This document shows positions 11,741-20,646 of a stretch of DNA of 31,615 bases, one piece after another. The DNA lies in assembly GCA_010405405.1 (NCBI GenBank), contig MU004244.1, positions 1,057,895-1,089,509 of the forward strand, in the 5' to 3' direction. The notes beneath the pieces were generated by a model, which ran no database searches, had not been told where the DNA came from, and worked only from the letters and a program-made list of their open reading frames with translations. Source of the DNA: Microthyrium microscopicum. Taxonomy: Eukaryota. The stretch's first letter is position 1; each line of letters begins with the position of its first letter. Position numbers and translations under genes: made by a program.

Positions 11741-13110
11741 CTACATAATGCCATCTGAGTGTAGCCTCGTCGCACCTGCTGTAGTCAAAGACAGCAGGTT
11801 TGATACGCCAATTCCATTGGCATCAGTGGTAGTTCCGCCATACGTCGTAACATGATTAAACACTTCATAGTTATCGTCTAGTAGCCAGGGAAGGTCCTCC
11901 TCCTCAGGAGGTAATGTTCGGGCCAGTCCATTTCCTGGCTTTGGATAATGCGCTGGAGGGTCGGTTTCATACCCGTCGTATGGCTGCTCAATTGGCTGGT
12001 CGTCTTGTAGATGCGATGTGCCGTTGATGGTAGCTTGAGGATTCGAATGTGGTGATGGGAAGATGTTGATTTGCGGACTTATCGTACTAGTATGTACGAT
12101 GAGATCGACAAGTTGTGAATGTGTCAGCGTTGCCAAAGAAGATCGTTTCTGTCCCATATTAGATACGCCATCCGCACATGAAATCATAAACTTACTGCTT
12201 CCTCCGTCCACAGCTGTCCAGACACCAAATTACTCAACTCAAAAGCAGGCGGATTTTTCTCCTTTAAGCACTCATGACACAACCACTCCTTCTCAACAAC
12301 TTCAAGAAACTCATTGCCGATTGGCGGATCATGGCAAAACTGGTGATATGGCGTCCCACACCCATCGCAAAATACTATCGCATTGTTGTTCGGACTGTGC
12401 CCTCGCTCACACGCCTTACACACCGCATTCTCTGGATTCTTCCGACTGCGTTTCCTCTTCTTGCCCGCGGCCACCGGCGACGGTAGCACCGGCACAAATT
12501 GCGTCGGCCGGTTTACTGCGCGCCCTGACTTGGTCACCTTGGGAAACGCTGTGTCCGAATCACCATCCGCGCCACCATTTGCTGCGCTCTCGTCGTCTTC
12601 TGACGATACCGCCTCGCTAGCTTCGCGCTTCCGCTTGCCTCCTCGTCGACCACCGCGTGCGCCACCTCGGCCTCGACCGCGCTTGCTGGGGAGGGCCGGA
12701 ATGTCGGCGAGGGTGGTGGTGTCGAGTGTTTTGAGGTGGGCGCGCGAGTTACTACCACGCGGTCGACCGCGGCCTCGCACTGCCTTTGGGGGTGGTAGCG
12801 AAGGTAGGTTATCGCTAGTCACAATGGAAGAGAGGATATGTTGACGAGCACCATCGTAGTTGGATACACGGTCTTTGTTCAAGCGCTCGAGCACTTGTGT
12901 TGTTGCTGATGAATAGCCTAGTGGTTGCGCAGGCGCGGCGGCGAGGAGAGGCACGGGAGTGTCGCCAAGTGAAGAGAGTGAGTCAAGCGATGGCACATCT
13001 GGGAGAGCGGAGAATGCGGTTAAAGGACTGGATTTGGGAGCATCGGGAGCTCGGAGGTGAGCTAGAGCAGCGGCATCGCTAGGCTCGAGGGGGCCCATAT
13101 ACGTATCCAT
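11741..13110 (-). CDS. PHD-finger protein with AT-hook (resembles the Phf1/Phf2 subunits of the S. pombe Lsd1/SWM complex), ~440 aa; exons 13110-12196 and 12148-11741
   Basis: C4HC3 PHD finger: CKAC..IVFCDGCGTPYHQFCHDPPI..WLCHEC. It also has the AT-hook GRGRPRG and the motif TKSGRAVNRP. The 47-nt intron 12195-12149 (GTAAGT..TCTAAT..CAG) joins WTEEA|KRSSL in frame. Confidence 0.88.
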
Positions 13111-13800
13111 GGTGACGTGTGAGAGCAATTGGCCAGTTTACAGAAGATCTAGAGCATGGTAGCTTTTGAAAATGTTTTATAGGGGTTGTGTATGACATTA
13201 AGTTGCGATGGATGTTGAAGTTGAGATGCTTCAACACCTCCAATGTCCGTGCACCAGACAGGGATCTTGCTATTTGGTGGTTTTGCTCCGGCCCATGAAT
13301 GATCATCCCCCCAGGATACGAACGGACACATAAATTGTTCAAGCAAACATTCAGAAATTTATAGCACGAGGTAGATTGCCTGAGCTGGCTTGGATATACT
13401 CTTGCTTCATCTGTTATCTGACGAGTCACATTTTCGCAATCGCGAGCTTATGCATAATGCACAATCACATGCAAAGAGAAGAGATGGTCATAAAGACATA
13501 AACATTGACAGTAATACATATAATAGAATAGAGATATACTTTTGTAATCCCCGGGCTAGGAGATACACAATATGATAGAAAAAACGTTGATAAACACGAA
13601 AATATGTATGCTACATGAAGATGTAAGATGGGACCATTCGACCAATCAGAGTCCAGCTTCCTACCATAAGGCTGACAGAAAGGATTGCAGTCAAGTCCAT
13701 CTGATTGTCCAGCCCAAGTCTCAAACTCGAGATAACCGTAATTCATCGTGCTGCATGCGCCCTGCGTATTTTGAATTTTTCATCATTTAATAAGTAAACT

Positions 13801-15053
13801 CTACTCCCAGTGCCACTCGCCAGCGCCCCTTCGTACCATACGCTCACGGGGCTCTCGTGGAATCAACCACGCTCGCTCTCCTTTGGGTAGAAGTTCTTCC
13901 AATGGCTTGAGAAGATCAATTCCCTTACCGGTCTTGCCGCTCCATTTGCCAGTCTTACCGCTGGTGCCAGACGATAGAGGCTTTGAGGGACGTCCGCTGC
14001 GTGATGCGCCGGTGCCGGTGGAGAGTGGGCGGTTTGGTGCCGTGCCAGTGGAGCGTATGATCGAGCGGGTAGCGGTAGTTTTGCGTGTGCTGCTGTTGAG
14101 CTTGGCGGTCTGGGTTACGCGGGCGATTGAGGTGGTCAAGGAGCCGTTGCGAGTGGTCGTAGTGGCCTGGCCATTGTTATTGTTGTTATTGTTGCCATTG
14201 GTAATGGTCTGGGTGACAGTGACAGCGCCGTTGTTACCGAGGTTGCCCGTAGAGCTGAGTTGCTGGCGAGTCGTGGTCAGTGTCTTGGTGACGGTGATGG
14301 CTCCTTGTGGAGCAGTGATGGTCTGAGTCACGGCGTTTTGCACAGTCGATGTCTCTGTGACGGTGACCTGGGCAATATTGGTGACGCCATTAGAGCCGAG
14401 CTGAACGAGGGTGGTTTGGGTGACGGTGAGTGTTGCTTGAGCGTTGTTGTTGGGAAGAGAGGCTCGGATGGTGCTCGTTTCTGTGATGGTGCGGGTTACA
14501 CCAACGTTGTTACCTGCACCCTGAACTGTGCTGGTGATGGTCTCGGTAGAAGTTACCGTAACAGCTGGCTGAGCCGCAGCGACATTGGTGATACCGGCTT
14601 GGACTGTACTAGTCTCTGTTTTAGTAACAGTCACCGCACCTTGGACATTTGTTACGGCCTGTTGGGGTGCAGTAACTGTCTGAATAACTGTCTGTGTGAC
14701 AGTTTGCTGAAGAGGAGCTTGTAAACACTGTTTTGAGCTGTCAGTGTGTTTCTTGGAGAACTATATCAGAATGACAGCTCTTACGTTTGACTGAACAGCT
14801 TGGACAGTGGTCTGAGCTGTGGCAATGACTGTTGTGGTGACAGCTGCTAGGGTTTGAGTTAGTAAAGAATATTGACGCTCTGCGATGATATGTACCTTGT
14901 CTCTCGACAAGAGGTTTTGGAGCTGCATCTCGAGCGAGAAGTGCTAAATAATTGTTAGTGTTCAGTCAATCGCAAGACATTTTAGCGCAACTTACGTCCA
15001 TTGCTTCCTGATACTGCTGCCACCAGTGGTAGTAAGATCAAAAGGCCCTTCAT
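13801..15053 (-). CDS. Secreted Thr/Val-rich repeat protein, ~364 aa; exons 15053-14996, 14943-14896, 14846-14785 and 14727-13801
   Basis: Signal peptide MKGLLILLPLVAAVSG. Three introns (52, 49 and 57 nt; donors GTAAGT/GTACAT/GTAAGA, branch points CTAAC/CTAAC/CTGAC) keep the frame. A propeptide PLLARDAAPKPLVER precedes many (A/Q)VTVTxTxT repeats. There is no hydrophobic C-terminal GPI signal. Confidence 0.82.
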
Positions 15054-16329
15054 ATCGAAGATGTAGAATAGAATCTAGGTAATAAACAGGAAACAAAAAG
15101 CTTAAACCAGTTAAGGATTGATAGTCTTCGCAAGCGACGACTGTTTAAAGGAGTGAATACTGAGAAAGACCCAGAAAATGCTAAACTGCCAATACTGAAA
15201 GGAATGAATGTCAAAGCCAGGACAAGTAAATGGAGGGTTCCATTCAAACTATTTGAATGCTTAAAAGTCCAGTAAGGCCACATGAGATTAGGGGATTCAA
15301 GGACAGACGGTGTGCTAAACAGAAACCACCAGCCATTGTTTTCGGCCTGGTGGCGCTATAGAGGCGGTACTTGACTGAGCAAATGTTTTTCAAAAACCAG
15401 GGAATTTTGCCAGACGATGGTTCTGGTAGAATTAAGATTGGTTTTGCTGCAGGCATAATTGGGCAAATAAGCCCCTGGTAGAGTAAACATTGTAAATGCA
15501 TGAGGAGGGTGAAGCAGGCCTTTGGAGCGGCAACGGTTTCATACTTTCGAGGGATCTATACTTTGCGCGCTTGTTTTGATCTCCCGCTCAACGGATCCAA
15601 GATATCCGTTTGAATCTTGGCCTAAAGTTTGGCGAGAAGTTTAAACTGTAAAATGAGCGTTAGCATCCTTCGAGAAGTACCTTGACAAATTCCCCGTACT
15701 CGATCTTGGCGTTAGAGTACACGATAAAAAGAAATTACCTTGCACGTTTTTCGGGGTCGGATGACATCAATCACAAATGGCCTAATGCGAGTATTCCGGA
15801 TTCCGTAGGCACTGGTGGACTGAGCCCCGACCCGAGCCTTGTGGTAGATCTGGTATAACTGCTTAGGTAGCATCGCACTATCCTAGAAGTTAACATTAGT
15901 GACATATGACTAGAAATGACTCTTCAGACTGGATTTGTAAAGAAGGCACATAAGCCGTCTATTGAGATTTCGTGCCTCTTCAGATACAGCACCCAATCAT
16001 ACTATCTTGTGTAGGAATATAAAAAGGCCGAGCAATTATAAACTCTGATCCGCATGCTGTCGCTTCTGTATATCGCTATGCCACAGCGATTCACAACCCC
16101 CTGAATCGACCTAGGCGGGCCCAAACCAATGCATATCGTTTCAATTCAGCAAACAAACAGAGTAGTCAGGTTTATCCGGATAGTTCTGATTTAGCAGGCT
16201 GGCAACGAAACTTCGAATCGCTGTCCCTGCTTCAATCACAACTTTTTACAGTGCTGTCTTCTGTACATCTCAGTATTAAACAAAAACGCTGTGGAGAATT
16301 TTGGTATGTATCGCAATCATGAAAGTCGA

Positions 16330-18234
16330 TCATAGCTCTTCGTCCATGGCATTAGTACCTTCGCCGGCTTTCGCGTCGGCTTCAGATTCAGATTTGGGCG
16401 CATTTTTGCCAGCGGCTGAAAACATTGAACTTGTGAAGATTTCGCTGGCTCGTTTTGCGCCGCTCACATCGACTGTGCTTCCATCCGGTCCGGAGGCTGA
16501 AGCTCTAGCGCGCTTGAAGGGAGAGCCAATGGTATCGAGTCCAACTTCTGTGGCTGCGGATGACAGTTTTGCAGCTGAAAGGCCAGCCGAGCCATTCGAG
16601 TCTACAATTGGAGATAGCTCAGAAACAGCAGCCGGAGAAGGAGACTTTTGCTCATCGGTAATGGTTAGCGGAGCCAATGGTTCAGCCGAAGCTTGGCGCT
16701 TCAACTATGTTTGGTTAGTACACCAGATATTGGTAAACAGTCAAACAGTCAAAACTTACAAGGTTGATCTTCTTCACGCCCTCGGCTAAATCTCTCTGAC
16801 GAGCTGCATCCTCGGGGGAAAGCAGTCCTACTCCACTGGCATCGTCCTTGTCTTCCTCATCGGGCTCTAGCTTTACTGTGCCTTTGGGACTGACAGCCTC
16901 ATCAATCTCATCTTCGTCACTGTCCATATCATCGTCTTTTCGCTTCTTATCCAAACCACGAAAGACCGAATGTTTAGCTGCATTGGCGTCCCGATAGCCT
17001 TCGTAATTTTGAGGTTTGGCCTTGAGAGGTTGCAACTTCGAGAAGTCGACATTGCCCGATTTTCGTTTAATCTCTATGGGTGTCTTTGGTGCTGTAGTGG
17101 AACCACCAAGAATACCCATTTTGTGAAGCTGACCTGCACATTATTAGACGCGATATCAATTGATATAATTCGAAACTTACGTTGACCTCGATAAAGAAAT
17201 GTAAACACAGCAAATGGTGAGTCGGGCATATCAATTGGCGATACAGTTTGTGTGCTGATGCTTTTGGGATCTAGAGTCTTTGGTTTGGCGAAACTGGTAG
17301 TATGGTCCACGTCCGCTGTAGTGTCTTCTCGCGGGCCACTCTCGAGATCATCATCGTCATGCGCGTCGAAATGAGGGGAATACTCGCCCCGCTTGATTTC
17401 TCCGGATGCTAGCACGCGAAAGAGAGCGACTTTGATTTGACCTGCAGCCTCTGGCATGGGCGAATCATCTTCAGAGTCCGAGTTGGACATTGAGCTGCCA
17501 TCATCTGATAGACTTTCTACTGGCGCGTTCTCGTTGTCCCCGTAGCGCAGTACTCCATTTTTGTCTCGGCCAGGTCGCTGAAGGAGCTCATTATCAGAAT
17601 CGTCACTATCCTTCTCTTCCTTTTTGATGCGTCGTCGCGCTTCAAGTTTTGCCCGCCGTCGTTTGATTCTCGCCGCAACATCCATATCTTTGCCTTGTAG
17701 ATCAAGTCCATTAAGCCACCGCTCTAGACCAACTTCGCGGAATAGGAATTCGCGTTCAGCGAGACCTCCGCCCTCAGTGTCCGAAATGCTAACCCATCGA
17801 CTGTTGACCCAAGTCTCTTCACCCCGTCGAAGAAGAGTCGCGACTTCTTCTTTTGGTCGACCATCAAAGTAAATGTACGCTGCTATGGTTTCGTTCGGAG
17901 AGGTTGTCAAGGGTTTGTACGCGATCACTGTTCCATTGCCGCCTTTCCCACGTAGGCCATCACCAGGAGCGCTGACTAGCTTTGGGCGTGGATTTGGGTC
18001 GTCTTTGGTAGGCTTCGGAGTCGAGTAAGGGACAGTATTGCCGGGAGTGAGGAGGGTAATGGATATGGCAAAGGTTGACTGCTCGGCAAGGTTGGTGACC
18101 GGATTTAGCTTTGCCTTTGGTACTGGGATGTATGAAGTGATACGCTTAAGACGGGATATGCGTTGTATCGAATATTCAGGAATAGGTCCTTCGGGTGTGT
18201 GGATGCTCACGGCTATGCCTTGAAAGCAGGGCAT
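16330..18234 (-). CDS. Conserved fungal hypothetical protein (DUF7918-like), ~600 aa; exons 18234-17181, 17133-16760 and 16704-16330
   Basis: Introns 17180-17134 and 16759-16705 (both GTAAGT..CTAAY..YAG) join three ORF-track segments in frame (FLYRGQR|QLHKMGIL and KKINL|LKRQ). Motifs: AYIYFDG, EREFLFREVGLE, GQIKVALFRV and FAVFTFLYRG..LHKMGI. Confidence 0.82.
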
Positions 18235-18771
18235 GGCCGCGAAAATACGCAATAGCGCGAAAAGGCGGACAAGTTGTCGAGAAGCAGGGTTAGATGATGG
18301 TATCGAACTCTATGTCATAGAAGAAGAGAGAGGATAATTTGAACGGGCGGGATGTACACGAGCGCGCGAGAGAAACTGGATGCAAATGGTATAGGAGGCC
18401 AGAGTTCTAAAGCAATATAGAGCTTGGTTCGTGAGAGAAAGAGTGTCGAGTTGGTGATAAATGGATGGCAAGTTGAGGTTGTTGTCAAAAGTCAAAGTTC
18501 TGAGCCTGGCTGGGAGGGGCGTTGCGTCGCACGGACTATTTCTGTCGGTCAAACTTCGGAGCCAATTGGTGAATGGCTCTAGCTGAATGGCTTGCCATGA
18601 ATTGCAACTGCTTCACTCGCTGTTGCATCGGCATTTATACGATGCGACACTGAAATGATCATTGTTGTGAGGTTGTGAAAGAACTAGCTACCAAGTCGTT
18701 TCGGTTCTCAACACCTCAAGTCGGGACTTGCATTGGAGCTGGAGTGTTCTGACTAGACCATTGTCGTTTTG

Positions 18772-19842
18772 ATGACAGCGAGGAGACCTATTCTAGTGGC
18801 ACTCGATGCCTTTGGCACCATATTCTCTCCCAGGAAACCAATTGGAGAGCAATATGTATCGGTCGCGGAAGAGCATGGTTTGAAAGGGTTGAGCGTGGAT
18901 GGTGTGAATCGTAGCTTTAAGTCTGCATTCAAACACATGTCACAGGAGCATCCCAACTACGGCAAGATATCTGATATGAAAAGTTCCAATCTGTGGTGGT
19001 ATGAGTTGATAAATCGGACTTTTTCTCCACATTTGTCAACTGAGAAGCAACAGATGATGCCTCCTGGTCTTGCCCCTGCTCTCCTACATCGGTTTTCTTC
19101 TTCTCTGGGCTACCAAGTCCATGATGATGCTGCTCGTCTGCTCGAGAAACTGAAGAGTCTCAGAGCACAGTTGGCCGCTACGGACCAGCAACTGGTGGTT
19201 GGGGTGTTGTCAAACTCGGACGATAGAGTTCCAAGTATTCTCAGGTCTCTTGGATTCCAGGTGAGCTTGCCAGGGTAAGTGTTTGTCGTTTAAGAACATG
19301 TTATGTGCGTTGTGGTCATATCATAGACTATTATGGCTCCCATACCACTTCATGGCTACCATAGACCTCGACGGGGTTTCATGCTGAAATGACTGTCTGG
19401 TCTTTTCAGCCCGTGTTGGCTTTGATAACACTCTTTCGTTGTTTTGGCACTAACAAATCTCAGGCTGAGCGATACACCTCAAGCCATCAACGCTCCGACG
19501 CCGAACGATCATTGTCAGTTTGTCGCGCTCAGCTATGATATTGGGTATGAAAAACCGTCTGCACAGATTTTCGATTATGCAGCAGTTCTTGTTCGAGAGT
19601 ACTTGATATCGTCTAGTCGAAAGACTTGTCCAATCACCAAGTTATACATCGGAGATGATGTAGAAAAAGATATCAAAGGAGCCAACGATGCTGGCTGGCA
19701 TTCCATTCTCATTGACAGGAACGACAAATCCATTGCTGGCATCAAAGATCCTCTTCAACTCTTCAAAAGAATGGAAAGTGCTTCGAAGAATGGCCAAGTT
19801 TTCAACGAGCGAGTATCCAGTCTATTAGAACCCGAGAATTAG
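18772..19842 (+). CDS. HAD-superfamily hydrolase (HDHD3/REG-2-like), ~293 aa; exons 18772-19274 and 19464-19842
   Basis: All four HAD motifs are present: I (LDAFGTI), II (VLSNSDDR), III (GYEKPS..IF) and IV (IGDDVEKDIKGANDAGW). The intron 19275-19463 (GTAAGT..ACTAAC..CAG, 189 nt) is the donor/acceptor pair I found that restores the frame. Confidence 0.9.
19300..19433 (+). ncRNA. Candidate intron-encoded structured RNA (H/ACA-snoRNA-like)
   Basis: The host intron is 3-4 times longer than all others in the window. Hand-folded stems are 19314-19320/19332-19338, 19350-19358/19417-19425 and 19383-19389/19404-19410. An ANANNA box (ATACCA, 19342-19347) lies between the two domains, and ACA (19428-19430) follows just after the last stem. 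Boundaries are approximate. Confidence 0.4.
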
Positions 19843-20054
19843 AGTTGAAGAATAACTACCACTGTCAGTGTCGCATCAATACTCGGAATCATCTTCTCAG
19901 AATCACTACAGCACTGAAAAATATCAAGATCAACCACAATTGATTATCTAGACAAACAAGGACACATCTTCTACTTGTCCAAGCAGCCACAAAGTTTTAA
20001 TAATACATGTTTCCATCACCAATCCACCGCAACTTTTTGCTCTACTCAACACGC

Positions 20055-20646
20055 TTAGTGAGAGTGGGAGTGTCCACCAGCCATGGCACCTGGTGCAGCT
20101 GGGGCAACTGGGGCAGCGCCCTTGGCAGCTCCACCACCGAACTTGGCCTTGAATGCCTCAAGTTGCTCTGGGGTGAGCTTTGGCATTTGTTGACCGTTGG
20201 GTGCGCCCTTTCCCTTGGGGAAACCCTTACCGCCCTTGGGGAGACCCTTTGGGAGTTCAGCGGAATCGGGCTCATGGCGGCGGACGTGGCCGTGGGAGTG
20301 GCCACCAGCCTTGGGCATAGCTGGAACCTACGGAGCGCGAACTGTTAGTATTTGCAGACGGTTTGCTGCTTGATAGGGAGATGCGTACCTTGGGGGAACC
20401 GGACTTGGGGGTGAAGCCCTTTGGTGCGGTCTTTGGGGTCTTTGGGAGAGCAGCTGGGGTTGGTGTGGCAGCGGCGGGGGTGGTAACAGCTGGTGCTGGG
20501 GCCATCATACCCTCATCATCACCGTCTGGGCCGTGGGCGGCAACGAGAGCGCTACGGTCAAAGGTTAGCAAACTGTGCTTTGGATCGGCAATGTGGTGGA
20601 GAGAAACATACGCAAGAGCGCTGATAACGTAGAGTGAAAGCTTCAT
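20055..20646 (-). CDS. Small secreted His-motif repeat precursor (Kex2-processed repeat protein-like), ~156 aa; exons 20646-20612, 20551-20389 and 20327-20055
   Basis: Introns 20611-20552 (GTATGT..GCTAAC..TAG) and 20388-20328 (GTACGC..ACTAAC..TAG). The signal peptide MKLSLYVISALAALVAA is followed by two Pro/Ala/Lys/Gly-rich modules separated by VRR. A TATA-like TATATAA lies near 20754-20760 on the minus strand. Confidence 0.85.

Noticed and set aside
13804..13815. WHW as an alpha-factor-like pheromone
   Set aside because: Single copy at the C-terminus, with no repeated mature peptide, no xA/xP spacer array and no GQP-type motif.
13883..14724. Plus-strand ORFs of 147 and 154 aa
   Set aside because: Antisense shadows of the Thr-rich gene, whose ACN-rich codons suppress stops on the opposite strand; both have non-ATG starts.
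15590..16110. Short hairpins (AACGGAT/ATCCGTT; CGATTCA/TGAATCG) in the intergenic region
   Set aside because: 7-bp stems are expected by chance, and I saw no tRNA A/B boxes or snRNA motifs.
19275..19463. TPP riboswitch, C/D snoRNA or stwintron in the long intron
   Set aside because: There is no CTGAGA-type aptamer core, no RTGATGA box C, and no internal intron interrupting a donor or acceptor that I could reconstruct.
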